A stretch of 64,000 nucleotides of DNA from a virus. The notes below the pieces were generated by a model, which was not told the origin of the DNA, did not search any database, and was given only the letters and a program-made list of their open reading frames with translations. The position numbers and the translations under genes are program-made. Shown piece after piece: positions 38,382-47,868 of this stretch (the stretch's first letter is position 1; every line of letters begins with the position of its first letter). Where the stretch lies: positions 32,001 through 96,000 of the IMG/VR virus record IMGVR_UViG_3300032093_000041; one strand, written 5' to 3'.

Positions 38382-39623
38382 TTACTCCGGATACCGGCCA
38401 GAAGTGGCCTTCCAATGATGCATTCCACCATTATTGTACAAGTGCAGAGCGACAGCAATGTTGCATTCAGGCTTGAGGAGAACTGTCATATCTCCTCGTT
38501 TTGACTTGCAGACCTGCGCCGTTACCGTTACCCATGAGCTATTAATTTGCAATAGACCACTGTCGTACGACTTCACGGCCTTGCATTTTTTGTATTGAAC
38601 TGCAGGGGCAAGATTGCAGTCCTTATGGCTCATCCCTTTTCTGTAGTTCCAGCCAATGGCTTTGGAAATACAGCGCGACTCTCGCCACATGATGTAAGAA
38701 AAATCCTTAACAGGCAATTTGTATTGCTTGAGCATTTTCTCCCACTTCGGGCAACGTTTTTCTGGAGCAGTTTTATTGCTGCTAACACTTTGTGCTGTAA
38801 CCCCACCGGACAAGTAAGGAATTGTGTCGTACGTCTGGATATTGTGTTTTTTAATGTATTTACGATGCGCTTGACGAGTCTTTGGCCCGTACCAGCTGTC
38901 CACCTTTAGTCCCAAAAAGACCTGCAAGTCGTGAACCGCTTTACTCTTTTCGTTCATCGTAAACTTAAAGTGCACAACATCTTTGTAGTTTTCGTAGTAG
39001 TACATCTTTGGCTTGTCCATGCGGTATTTACCGCTTGACTTGGACTTATAGCAACCCCAGCCGCCGAGACCAACTGGGTTTTGGTCCCACAGGTACTGAG
39101 CTGGGACACCTTGGCGTCGCGCCCAATCTGGGTCACGCTGAACCAACTGCTGGTAGCCCTCAACGGCAATACGGTTAGCGACAATTATCTGCTCTTCTCG
39201 CGTTGCCTTGTCTGGGGTGGGGGCAAATTGCTCTCCACCAAAACGCTCCCATGTCCCCATTTCTCGCTTGGGGAATTTGCTGTTGTTCATGATTCCGAGA
39301 CCACCAGCCCATCGACCGCCATTTTGCCAATTCTGCGCTGTTTCGCACTGGGCTAGCTTGTCCCAAAATTCATCTGTTGGGTATGCGTGCTTGCGTTCTG
39401 TGGACGATTTTCGAAGGTCAAAATTTGAAGAACTAGTGGGGGTCTCCCATGCACGCGAATCAAGTGCTGACCGGCTAACCACCCCCTCTCCTAAAGAAGG
39501 GCTGGCGGACAGCTTTGCCGGTGCTGTCCCAATAACAACAATACTTAACAGGAGGATAGCGAATACACGCTTTGCTTTATCCAATGTTCGTTCCTTTGTT
39601 CGGCGAATATGACTCCGGCGCAC
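38382..39623 (-). CDS. Secreted or membrane-anchored muralytic enzyme: Rpf-like transglycosylase, PG-binding-like segment, SLT-like domain
   Basis: N-terminal hydrophobic helix; WDKLAQCET...TWERFGG...ATREEQI...GWGC; LQVFLGLKVDSWYGPKT; MWRESRC...DSGLLQIN...CNIAVA. Confidence 0.85.
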   Translation of the reverse strand: MRRSHIRRTKERTLDKAKRVFAILLLSIVVIGTAPAKLSASPSLGEGVVSRSALDSRAWETPTSSSNFDLRKSSTERKHAYPTDEFWDKLAQCETAQNWQNGGRWAGGLGIMNNSKFPKREMGTWERFGGEQFAPTPDKATREEQIIVANRIAVEGYQQLVQRDPDWARRQGVPAQYLWDQNPVGLGGWGCYKSKSSGKYRMDKPKMYYYENYKDVVHFKFTMNEKSKAVHDLQVFLGLKVDSWYGPKTRQAHRKYIKKHNIQTYDTIPYLSGGVTAQSVSSNKTAPEKRCPKWEKMLKQYKLPVKDFSYIMWRESRCISKAIGWNYRKGMSHKDCNLAPAVQYKKCKAVKSYDSGLLQINSSWVTVTAQVCKSKRGDMTVLLKPECNIAVALHLYNNGGMHHWKATSGRYPE

Positions 39624-39732
39624 CGGGCTAGTTAATACTTATCTATCTATTATACCCCAAGGGCAGAATTTGTTGCACCTTATTTAGGTAACAGTTAACA
39701 ATATTCCGCCCTGAAGTCCTTGTTATATATGG

Positions 39733-39764
39733 AAAAACCGGCTGTGACCAAAGTCACAGCCGGT
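39733..39764 (-). terminator. Intrinsic terminator after ssb
   Basis: CCGGCTGTGAC-4 nt loop-GTCACAGCCGG with a T5 tail on the minus strand. Confidence 0.9.
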
Positions 39765-39773
39765 ATCCGAGGC

Positions 39774-40256
39774 TCAGAACGGTTCTTCGTCGGCCAAATC
39801 TTCGCGGCGCGCAGCTGGACGAGCTGGCTTTTTAGCCGCTGTTTGTGGTGCCTTGCGTGATGCTGTCGCAACAGAGTCGTCTGCAATTCCAGCAGAGTTT
39901 CCACCACGACGGCGCTCAACGCTTTCGATTGCCATGGAGTGGATTCCGATGTTGTCAGCAGTGATAATCACCTTGGAGCGCTTTTCTCCGCTGTCCTTGT
40001 CTTCCCAGGACTGCTGCTCGAGCTTGCCAACGACAACAATGCGAATTCCTTTTTCGACAACGCGTGCAATGTCTTCCGCTGTGTAGCGCCAGCCTTCTAC
40101 TGTGAAGTACGAGACTTGCTCCTTCTTCTCTCCACTCTCATCATTCCAGTAACGGTTGACGGCAAGACCAAATGTGGCTTTTGCTGTTCCGTTCTGGAAA
40201 TACTTAAGTTCTGGGTCGCCAGTGGCGTTCCCAATCAATGTGACCTGAGTAGTCAT
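39774..40256 (-). CDS. ssb: Single-stranded DNA-binding protein
   Basis: VTLIGNATGDPELKY, VVGKLEQQSWE, acidic C-terminus DEEPF; AGGAG SD. Confidence 0.95.
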   Translation of the reverse strand: MTTQVTLIGNATGDPELKYFQNGTAKATFGLAVNRYWNDESGEKKEQVSYFTVEGWRYTAEDIARVVEKGIRIVVVGKLEQQSWEDKDSGEKRSKVIITADNIGIHSMAIESVERRRGGNSAGIADDSVATASRKAPQTAAKKPARPAARREDLADEEPF

Positions 40257-40326
40257 TTTTTTTCTCCTCATGTTGTGGCCGTAGCCGATGTGGAACTAAC
40301 TATAGCGCCAGTGATAGAGTGTTGCA

Positions 40327-40572
40327 ATGTCAAACGACCAGAAATTTTCCCAGGCCATTTCGGCCATCCAAAACCATATAAAAGAAGAGTTTCTAGACAT
40401 GACGGACCCTGGAGACTTGTCCGACAAGGACCTTATTGAACTAGACAACTCTATGGGCGAGCTGGCCAGAGCGGTTATCCATATCCTCGGCTTAGAGTTG
40501 ATAGAAATTAAATCCGAGTCTAAGTTCGTCGTAGCTTTGTCTTTGCAGACAACTGAAAATATGGAATTATGA
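40327..40572 (+). CDS. Hypothetical acidic protein
   Basis: TAGAGT-N6-ATG leaderless-type start; ATGA overlap with the next gene. Confidence 0.6.
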   Translation: MSNDQKFSQAISAIQNHIKEEFLDMTDPGDLSDKDLIELDNSMGELARAVIHILGLELIEIKSESKFVVALSLQTTENMEL

Positions 40573-41321
40573 TTCACGAAAGTCTTTCTAGCCTTGCTCT
40601 CCCAATAGAGTCGTTGCTACCTCTCGAAGGAAACCCCAGACGAGGCAACGTTGATGCGATAGCTGCCTCATACAATGAGTTTGGCCAGGTAAAGCCAATT
40701 GTCGTGAAAGATAACGATGATGGTACTTATACCGTTCTTGCTGGGAACCATCAACTACAGGCGGCCAAGTCTCTTGGGTGGACTGAAATGGCGGCAATAG
40801 TTCTTGATGCCGACGACAAAGCGGCAATAGCGTTTGCCATTGCAGACAACCGAACTGTTGAATTAGGACACACGGATGAAACGGCGTTATTCGAAATGCT
40901 GTCTAGCGTGTCAGATGACTATTCATATCTTTTTGAACAGTTGCAGTGGGATGATTTTGAAATAGCCGCCCTGTCAGAGCATGCAGAAAAATATGACGAA
41001 GACTACGTTCAGGGGTATGTTGCTCCAGAGATAGTTAGACCGATAGAAGCCGTCGCAGCACTTGACCCAAGTACTGGAGAGAAGAGGCTTGAGGCAAGGC
41101 CGGACATTGACACTGGCGTTGCTGTGTCGCAAGGAAGTACGGCTATTACATCCGGCGGAACAGAAAAAGCAGTAGTTCAATACACTTTGGTGTTTGATTC
41201 TGCTGCACAGCAACGTAGATGGTATGACTTTATTCGTTATCTAAAGTCTTCTGCCGTATATGGCGGCGACACAACAGCAGAACGTTTATTCGAATTTATA
41301 GAAGCTCACTCCGACTTCTAA
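40569..41321 (+). CDS. ParB/Srx-like N-terminal domain protein
   Basis: GNPRRGNVDAIAASYNEFGQVKPIVV...VLAGNHQLQAAK...AIADNR. Confidence 0.85.
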   Translation: MIHESLSSLALPIESLLPLEGNPRRGNVDAIAASYNEFGQVKPIVVKDNDDGTYTVLAGNHQLQAAKSLGWTEMAAIVLDADDKAAIAFAIADNRTVELGHTDETALFEMLSSVSDDYSYLFEQLQWDDFEIAALSEHAEKYDEDYVQGYVAPEIVRPIEAVAALDPSTGEKRLEARPDIDTGVAVSQGSTAITSGGTEKAVVQYTLVFDSAAQQRRWYDFIRYLKSSAVYGGDTTAERLFEFIEAHSDF

Positions 41322-41418
41322 TTATTCCCACATATCATTGTGGTCACGCTCTAAGCGCGCGATGCCGTACTTAGCAGCAACAAACAATGCAATGCAAGCT
41401 GCAAACAACTGAAAAGTT

Positions 41419-41634
41419 TTAGTCTTTATAAGATTCACGGTCCCTGCAGTTTAGCTCTTCGAGCTTGTCTCTCATGACTTTCACGAGGTATTTTTCGCGC
41501 CATCTATCTCGCGACTCCGTCATTATGCGCAGCTCATTGTTCAATTTTTCGGTCTTTTTGTCTGACTTAAAGTTGGTCAGACGTCCGAGAACAAACGCGC
41601 AAAATATGCACATCGCCAATAAAACAATTTCCAT
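41419..41634 (-). CDS. Small protein with N-terminal TM helix and coiled coil
   Basis: MEIVLLAMCIFCAFVLG. Confidence 0.55.
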   Translation of the reverse strand: MEIVLLAMCIFCAFVLGRLTNFKSDKKTEKLNNELRIMTESRDRWREKYLVKVMRDKLEELNCRDRESYKD

Positions 41635-41642
41635 AACACCCC

Positions 41643-41882
41643 CTAGGTGTGACGCTGCTCCCGGAACCACTTGACCGTGTTTCGAAGATGCATAGATATC
41701 CATAAAAAGCTCATGGCTATAAATCCAGGCTTATTGAAAATTATAGAGTATGCAAGCCATGGTAGGGAGTGCACCAACACCAGAGCCCATCCCCACCATT
41801 TTCTGTTGCCGACATTCCACATGCCAAAAACACCAAGGAACTCCATCCCAAGAAGGACCCATGTCCATGTTGTTTCGCTCAT
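41643..41882 (-). CDS. Small multi-TM protein, PnuC-like half transporter (tentative)
   Basis: Three hydrophobic helices with WWGW...PWLAYS pattern. Confidence 0.55.
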   Translation of the reverse strand: MSETTWTWVLLGMEFLGVFGMWNVGNRKWWGWALVLVHSLPWLAYSIIFNKPGFIAMSFLWISMHLRNTVKWFREQRHT

Positions 41883-42066
41883 GTCATCTCTTTCGCTTTT
41901 TGTTTCCCGCTGCAAATCCAATGAAATAACCGACGACACAGCCTATAAATAGACCACTGAAATACATGTAGAAATTCATGTCACCAGCCCAGCAGGAGTA
42001 CAACGTACCCTAGAATAATCGCCACAATAGCTACTGCGGCGGCAAATTTTTGTTCATTTTCCATAG

Positions 42067-42139
<73 letters not shown>

Positions 42140-42144
42140 GTCTG

Positions 42145-42447
42145 TCAGTTTATAACTGATTTTTCTTTTTCTTGCTGGCGCTTTATACGGCGCTGGACAT
42201 CTATTGATACAGGAAGTCCACGCTCCCCGCGTTGCTCTTCAGTTTCTCCGCCCCATATTCCTAGTGACTGCGTCATTACGCCGTATTCACGACACGGTTC
42301 AGAAACAGGACACTTAGCGCAAATCTCCAATGCTTGCTTTTGTAGCGCAGCACGTTTTTTCCCCACAATATTTGGAGAAGGGAAAAATAGGTGAGACTGG
42401 CCGCGACATAGCGAAAAGTCCATCCAGGTATTAGGTAGGTAGGTCAT
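42145..42447 (-). CDS. whiB: WhiB-family transcription factor
   Basis: WMDFSLC...FFP...ICAKCPVSEPCREYG...GIWGGETEEQR. Confidence 0.92.
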   Translation of the reverse strand: MTYLPNTWMDFSLCRGQSHLFFPSPNIVGKKRAALQKQALEICAKCPVSEPCREYGVMTQSLGIWGGETEEQRGERGLPVSIDVQRRIKRQQEKEKSVIN

Positions 42448-42454
42448 AAATGTA

Positions 42455-42483
42455 AGGCTATACCCTTTTTTGTTTTTTGTCAA
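42455..42483 (-). promoter_or_regulatory. Sigma70/SigA-type promoter for leaderless whiB
   Basis: TTGACA-N17-TAGCCT-N7-ATG on the minus strand. Confidence 0.8.
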
Positions 42484-42493
42484 CTATTTTTTG

Positions 42494-42565
42494 AGCCCTT
42501 GGTCAGGATTGAACTGACGACCTACCGCTTACAAGGCGGTTGCTCTGCCACTGAGCTACAAGGGC
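42494..42565 (-). tRNA. tRNA-Thr(TGT)
   Basis: Cloverleaf with anticodon loop CTTGTAA. Confidence 0.93.
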
Positions 42566-42758
42566 AAATTAGAGGGTTTAGCTTCTTTCGTAACGGTTCC
42601 AGCCAGCTTCAAAGTAACGCTCAAACAAGGTGTTAGGTAAACCCTAACTTTCAGCACATAACCTTAATATGCCTCTAACGTTAATCTCTGCTTTAAGTAC
42701 TATCGCTCTTACTTGCCTCATTTAACCAACAGCTGTACATGCTGCAAGCCCTCTAACG

Positions 42759-42832
42759 TCCGGACAGCAGGATTTGAACCTACGACCCCCTGCTCCCAAA
42801 GCAGGTGCGCTACCAAGCTGCGCTATGTCCGG
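42759..42832 (-). tRNA. tRNA-Pro(TGG)
   Basis: Cloverleaf with CCTGC-TTTGGGA-GCAGG. Confidence 0.93.
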
Positions 42833-42883
42833 TTGTATGGATGTTAAAATTGTATTGTACTCATATATCGAACGAGGTCAAAC

Positions 42884-43579
42884 ATGTCCGGAATTATTGC
42901 GCCATCAATCGTCAACTATGAATGGACCGTCAGAGACAGCGACCCTTCTTTCTTGAATGTGTCTTTTCCGTTCCGAGTCAAGATTGAGAAAATCTGGTTC
43001 ACTACGCAACAGAATTACGGCCCAACAGCAGGTCTATGGCAGGGCGATGGGGAAACTGTAGATGTTGAGACAACAGAAAGAAAGTTGTCTTTGGCTGTAA
43101 TCAAATCAAAGAACTCCAAGACACAGCACAATGCAATTGACAACCCAACAGACCTAGTATGGGGGTTTGAGGATGTTTTCACATATTCTGGCAGCATTGA
43201 CGAAGACCTGAAGCCAACAATGTGGCTTGGAAACCCAGACGACGCAGCAGGACGAATCGGTGCATTTGCCTCTTCTTCGTGGGTCGGCGGCAATGTGTCA
43301 AGCCTTCGCAGTACTGCCGTGGCACTTGTTGATAAAGGAACTGCGTTCAACAACAGTTGGGATAACGAAACTGAGTACAACGCACGGAAATACGCCACAG
43401 ATGTCGCAGTTATGAATACTGACGAGTTCCTCCAGATGTTCGTCTACGCCAATGGTGGCGACTGGACAGGATACGAAGATGATGCAAAGGTCACAATCTC
43501 GGTTGCATACACAGGCATTCACGATACAGAAGCGGTTTCTGCTCCAGCAAAACCATGGACAGCGTGGTGGAACGACTAG
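42884..43579 (+). CDS. Hypothetical protein, possibly structural
   Basis: 231 aa, GAGG SD, beta-rich composition. Confidence 0.7.
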   Translation: MSGIIAPSIVNYEWTVRDSDPSFLNVSFPFRVKIEKIWFTTQQNYGPTAGLWQGDGETVDVETTERKLSLAVIKSKNSKTQHNAIDNPTDLVWGFEDVFTYSGSIDEDLKPTMWLGNPDDAAGRIGAFASSSWVGGNVSSLRSTAVALVDKGTAFNNSWDNETEYNARKYATDVAVMNTDEFLQMFVYANGGDWTGYEDDAKVTISVAYTGIHDTEAVSAPAKPWTAWWND

Positions 43580-43588
43580 TCTTGCCGT

Positions 43589-44242
43589 ATGGCAAAATTC
43601 CCATCAACATACGCATTAGATACTGGTGAAAAACTTAGCGACCGCTTCTTTGACATCCGCTGGTTGTCGTCTGGAATGGATGCACAGCCTAAACGTTGGT
43701 ATACATCTGACGAAGAACTGCCAAGTAATGACCCAACAGAATGGGGTCGCGGAGAAGTCGACGCTGAAGGTCGTCTGGTAGTTAAGTACTACCGTGAAGA
43801 AGTTTTTGGACCAGAAGACGAAGTAGTAAAAATGTGGTTTGTGCTTCTTGATGGGAGACACATTCAGCCTGCCCACTTGATTCTTCTTGGATTCGCAGAC
43901 GACAGATACCCCTGGGGGACCGTATTAGACGGCCCAGAGGCGTCTCAAGTTCTTGAAAAAGAGTACATGTCCTCATGGGCAGGCATGATTAACTGGCGTG
44001 CCGGTGACCCGATGATTCAACAGATTACTACCGCACCAAAATGGCGACGCAAGAGGATTTCTGTCATGATGTTTGGCGTGTGCGATGTTGTGAACGCCTG
44101 CTACGGATTTAGCCCTGGCAAAGTAATACACGGTGGAGCAATAACCACTGCAGACGGCGAAAGGTTACGCAACATATACCCTGGCGGCAGCTCCAGAATA
44201 GATACACGAATCGGTTCTGTAGAAAACAACCCTTACGAATAG
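43589..44242 (+). CDS. Hypothetical protein with GNAT-like C-terminus
   Basis: IQQITTAPKWRRKRIS...TTADGE resembles GNAT motif A. Confidence 0.6.
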   Translation: MAKFPSTYALDTGEKLSDRFFDIRWLSSGMDAQPKRWYTSDEELPSNDPTEWGRGEVDAEGRLVVKYYREEVFGPEDEVVKMWFVLLDGRHIQPAHLILLGFADDRYPWGTVLDGPEASQVLEKEYMSSWAGMINWRAGDPMIQQITTAPKWRRKRISVMMFGVCDVVNACYGFSPGKVIHGGAITTADGERLRNIYPGGSSRIDTRIGSVENNPYE

Positions 44243-44478
44243 CTGCGCGTAAGCTCCCACCAATCGCATAGAGAATCAAAGTTCAAACACTCTGGTTCCG
44301 AACATTGCAAAGCGTGATGCAGTGCTGTATGTAATTCATCACCGAGTTTCACCTGTTCTTCTATGGCGTCGGCGGCCTCCAACAAAAGACCAGATATATG
44401 ACCAATTGGCGAATCAACGTCTTTGGATAAATTTAACCCTTCATTACGAAGGCATTGAATAAGCGTTTCTAATTGCAT
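44233..44478 (-). CDS. Hypothetical protein
   Basis: AAGGAA SD; LLLEAADAIE. Confidence 0.6.
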   Translation of the reverse strand: MQLETLIQCLRNEGLNLSKDVDSPIGHISGLLLEAADAIEEQVKLGDELHTALHHALQCSEPECLNFDSLCDWWELTRSYS

Positions 44479-44496
44479 ACTTTCCTTTTGCTGTAT

Positions 44497-44571
44497 TGGT
44501 TGGGGAGCGAGGACTCGAACCCCGAACTTCAGGACCAAAACCTGGCGTGTTGCCAATTACACCATTCCCCA
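44497..44571 (-). tRNA. tRNA-Gln(TTG), CCA encoded
   Basis: TGGGGAATGGTGTAATTGG...CCAGG-TTTTGGT-CCTGA. Confidence 0.93.
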
Positions 44572-44572
44572 T

Positions 44573-44648
44573 TGGCGCTTCCGGCAGGACTCGAACCTGC
44601 GGCCGACGGTTTAGGAAACCGGCGCTCTATCCGCTGAGCTACGGAAGC
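44573..44648 (-). tRNA. tRNA-Arg(CCT), CCA encoded
   Basis: Cloverleaf with anticodon loop TTCCTAA. Confidence 0.92.
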
Positions 44649-44649
44649 T

Positions 44650-44725
44650 TGGTGGGCGTGGTGGGATTCGAACCCACGCTTGAGGGATTTTAAGTCCCCT
44701 GCCTCTGCCGCTGGGCTACACGCCC
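44650..44725 (-). tRNA. tRNA-Leu(TAA), short variable loop, CCA encoded
   Basis: GGGGA-CTTAAAA-TCCCT. Confidence 0.9.
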
Positions 44726-44811
44726 AATGACTATTTAAAAGACTTGCCCATAAAAATGCCGCAGCACAAAACTGCAACATGCCCAATAATCATCGATATA
44801 AATTCACTCAT

Positions 44812-45417
44812 TTATTTCGTTTCCTTTTTATTCTGGGATTTACGAATCTTTGCACAATACGGCCCGATACCTGCAGCGACACTTTGAGGATTGTCGAGAA
44901 CCTTGCCGCAGTCGCAGCATATTCCTGTTCTTCTTCCAATTGCTATCAGTTCGTCGTTGTCTAGCATTCGAAATGTACCTGTCTTGATGCACTCAAACAG
45001 TGTGGCTTTATTTGATGCAAGTTTTACATCCGACCATCCAGACATCTCTATCAAACGCTTTCTCACTGACCGTATTTGCTTGTCGTTGCTGTTGGTTACG
45101 AGAGAAATTTTGAAGATGTATTTATATTCGTCATCTATGTAAACGCCATCCTCAATTCCCTTTCCATAAGGGTCATAATTCTGGTCAACTTTGATTCGCA
45201 ATTTTTCTGCCGACATCATTTGCTTCTCAGTGAAGCCGCCATTGGTTGAGTAGTACTGGTGCAGGCTTTGAGCAAAGTCAGACCATGTCTGAAGCCCTAG
45301 CCAGAGACTCATTGAGTCATCTTTGATTAATTTGCTTGTTCCTGGACGTACATGATTAGTCATTGGACGTCGGGCCAATTTGGGCTTAACCCATCTGTTG
45401 TTTTGGTCGTAGGGCAT
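44812..45417 (-). CDS. DUF6011-like zinc-finger protein
   Basis: C-terminal CCDCGKVLDNPQSVAAGIGPYC. Confidence 0.75.
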   Translation of the reverse strand: MPYDQNNRWVKPKLARRPMTNHVRPGTSKLIKDDSMSLWLGLQTWSDFAQSLHQYYSTNGGFTEKQMMSAEKLRIKVDQNYDPYGKGIEDGVYIDDEYKYIFKISLVTNSNDKQIRSVRKRLIEMSGWSDVKLASNKATLFECIKTGTFRMLDNDELIAIGRRTGICCDCGKVLDNPQSVAAGIGPYCAKIRKSQNKKETK

Positions 45418-45425
45418 GTTTTCCT

Positions 45426-45740
45426 TCAGTTTGCGGATGCTTTCTCATCACCCTGCGCAATGAGAAATTTTTTTGGTGGTATTGGAAGTCCGCCGGCGTT
45501 CATTCTCAACCAAGTCTTTTCATCGACAATGTTGTACGTCCACGCATCTTGCGTATATCCGAGATTTGCAGGGTGAGGTCGTCTATCTACTAGCGACTTT
45601 AATATTGCTCGCTGTCCGGTTCCTTCTACCGTAACGAACCATCTGTTTGATGGGTCTGATGTGTGCCAGATGACGTAAACGACATCGAAGTCATCCCCGC
45701 CAACATGTATTTCTCCCAGCGTCCCTTTGTTGTTTGGCAT
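45426..45740 (-). CDS. Hypothetical protein
   Basis: GAAGGG SD; 104 aa. Confidence 0.6.
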   Translation of the reverse strand: MPNNKGTLGEIHVGGDDFDVVYVIWHTSDPSNRWFVTVEGTGQRAILKSLVDRRPHPANLGYTQDAWTYNIVDEKTWLRMNAGGLPIPPKKFLIAQGDEKASAN

Positions 45741-45756
45741 AAGTTTCCCTTCTGTG

Positions 45757-45829
45757 TGCCCCTGATGGGAATTGAACCCACGGCCAACATCTTATAAGGA
45801 TGCTGCTCTAACCACTGAGCTACAAGGGC
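45757..45829 (-). tRNA. tRNA-Ile(TAT)
   Basis: GCCCTTGTAGCTCAGTGGTTAGAGCA-GCATC-CTTATAA-GATGT...GTTCAATTCC. Confidence 0.88.
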
Positions 45830-45879
45830 CTGCATTTAGGCCTGTATTCGTATGGTCAGAGACAGCATCGCTACAAGTC

Positions 45880-46125
45880 TTAGTTGTCTTCGGACTGAAT
45901 GTTGGCGAGCTCGCGCTGGTAAAGCTCAGAGAACTCATCGCGGTAGTTGTGCTGCAGTACCATCGCTGCACGGCGACGTGCTTCCTGACGTTGGCGGTTT
46001 GCGAGATTCTCGCGCTCCTTGCGGTCGGCAATTTCCTTAGCGGAAAGCTGGGTCTTTTTGCGGCCGCGCTTTACCTCACCTGATTGCTTGAGCTCCGAGT
46101 ATGAACGTGGTTTCTTTTTTGTCAT
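45880..46125 (-). CDS. Small basic protein with AT-hook-like KRGRKK
   Basis: AAGGAGG SD; upstream TTGCGA-N17-TAATAT. Confidence 0.7.
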   Translation of the reverse strand: MTKKKPRSYSELKQSGEVKRGRKKTQLSAKEIADRKERENLANRQRQEARRRAAMVLQHNYRDEFSELYQRELANIQSEDN

Positions 46126-46238
46126 TGGAATTCCTCCTTCGTAGATTCAAATATTAGCCTCTTGAAATACCTGTCGCAACCTATCCCACCATTTTTTTAT
46201 TAGTTGTGTTTTCTGGGATTTCCTGGTAGTAAGTAGGC

Positions 46239-46688
46239 ATGACTGGATACTTCCCTAAATACGACATACCCGCTCCGGATTTTTTAAAAGACCTCGAGTT
46301 TGGTGAGCAGGGCGAAGAGATTATCAATAAATTTATCCAGGACATTGCGTCCGGTCATATAGAAGTTAAGACCGACCGATACCGCAACGGGAAAATGGTT
46401 ATCGAGACTCAACAGTGGCCTGGACGCCGCTGCGATGCTGAAGGAAATGAACTCTGGGTACTGAGCGGCATCAACGTCACAACAGCAAAATGGTGGGTGT
46501 ACCAATATCATTTTGACGGCGCATTCGTAGTTGTTGCAACTGACAGAATAAAGCGCTATCTTCGCAAGAACTTATCGACCATGGAGAAAACGGTCTTCGC
46601 CGCCAGCTCTGACAATCCCGCTAAAGGGTATTTGTTATCTCCGGCGCAGGTGTCGGAACTCATGCTTTCAGATAAGTACGACCTCTAG
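46239..46688 (+). CDS. PD-(D/E)XK-like nuclease (tentative)
   Basis: DLEFGEQGE...IEVKTD...IET. Confidence 0.65.
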   Translation: MTGYFPKYDIPAPDFLKDLEFGEQGEEIINKFIQDIASGHIEVKTDRYRNGKMVIETQQWPGRRCDAEGNELWVLSGINVTTAKWWVYQYHFDGAFVVVATDRIKRYLRKNLSTMEKTVFAASSDNPAKGYLLSPAQVSELMLSDKYDL

Positions 46689-46775
46689 CAATAGAGCCTA
46701 GTTTCGGCTAGGGCGCACATACTGGAGGGCGCGGCAACTCCTTTATCTGCGAGTTTCAGCACCGCGTATGGAACG

Positions 46776-46811
46776 GCCTAGGGGGTAATATCCTCCTAGG
46801 CTTTTCTGTTT
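46776..46811 (+). terminator. Terminator-like hairpin directly before the SD of 46822
   Basis: GCCTAGGGGG-TAATAT-CCTCCTAGGC-TTTTCTGTTT. Confidence 0.75.
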
Positions 46812-46821
46812 AAGGAGAACA

Positions 46822-47082
46822 ATGTCAATTGACGACCAACTAGCAAAACACCTTGGAATAAGAAAAACGGACATAGACACAAAGCGTCTTGCTGACCTAA
46901 TTATCAGTGAATTTATATTCCACGAAGAAATGGCCGAGTTGACAATGAACAAAATGGCCACAGGGAAAGACCAGACATCAGAATTCGCAGCAGCATTCGA
47001 TGTTTATAACAATATGGCATACATGCTTCGTGATATCTTAATGAAATCAGCAGATACGCAGGAGGACAATGCCAATACGTGA
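46822..47082 (+). CDS. Hypothetical protein
   Basis: TAAGGAG SD; 86 aa. Confidence 0.7.
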   Translation: MSIDDQLAKHLGIRKTDIDTKRLADLIISEFIFHEEMAELTMNKMATGKDQTSEFAAAFDVYNNMAYMLRDILMKSADTQEDNANT

Positions 47083-47248
47083 CCCGGACAAGCGCAGAGA
47101 ATACGAGCGCGAAAGAAAGCAAAAGCGCCGGCTCGAAAAGATAATGAGCCTCCCGGAAACAGAGCAAATTCTCGCGTTAGGCAGAAACGAACAGCGTCGC
47201 AGCTACTCGATGCGGTGGAGCCGTCAGTCGTCTAACGAGCCGTCCTGA
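47069..47248 (+). CDS. Small basic protein (59 aa, not in the ORF track)
   Basis: GGAGG SD; MPIRDPDKRREYERERKQKRR. Confidence 0.55.
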   Translation: MPIRDPDKRREYERERKQKRRLEKIMSLPETEQILALGRNEQRRSYSMRWSRQSSNEPS

Positions 47249-47421
47249 TACGAGTCATATATAGCCTGAGCGCGTTCTTCTTCAGTCATGTTTAAGGCTG
47301 ATTGAGTAGGTCCCCATAGCCATTGGCCGTCTTCACGAACGCCAACAACTTCTATAAGGCCTAATTTACGCAAAGCTTCCATGTCTTTGTGTAGGTCTTC
47401 CTTGGTGTAATCATCACTCAT
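47224..47421 (-). CDS. Hypothetical protein
   Basis: 65 aa with AAGGA SD. Confidence 0.6.
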   Translation of the reverse strand: MSDDYTKEDLHKDMEALRKLGLIEVVGVREDGQWLWGPTQSALNMTEEERAQAIYDSYQDGSLDD

Positions 47422-47487
47422 CTGTATTTCCTTCTTCTTCCAGCAGTGTATAGATAAATTTATCCAGCACCACAGCGACGCTTTAAT

Positions 47488-47793
47488 TTATTCATGAACA
47501 AACTCCCCGTCTGCCAGACGTTGCTGTATCTCTACCGCTGATTTGTAGCTGTGGCAATCTGCGCAGTCGTCGTCATGACCATCCGGAGGTGGACCAATAG
47601 ACAAATAAGACTCCATCTCGCGCTTCATGTACGGCAGCAACTCTTCCACCTGCGCACGAAGGGTCTGTATGCATTCAGCAGCCTCGAGCATGGTTGTTCC
47701 CGGGAAATAGTCGTTCCCGTCGTTATCGGTAAACCAGTCGTCGAACAGCTCGCCTTCTATTGCCAACTTATTTATGATGTCGGTTACATTCAT
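47488..47793 (-). CDS. Hypothetical protein
   Basis: MLEAAECIQTLR and HDDDCADC. Confidence 0.6.
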   Translation of the reverse strand: MNVTDIINKLAIEGELFDDWFTDNDGNDYFPGTTMLEAAECIQTLRAQVEELLPYMKREMESYLSIGPPPDGHDDDCADCHSYKSAVEIQQRLADGEFVHE

Positions 47794-47868
47794 CCCAATT
47801 CCCTTCTTGTGTTTCGATAAATTTAGCAGGAACATGCCGGTCGCACACATTTTTTATGTACCCACAAT

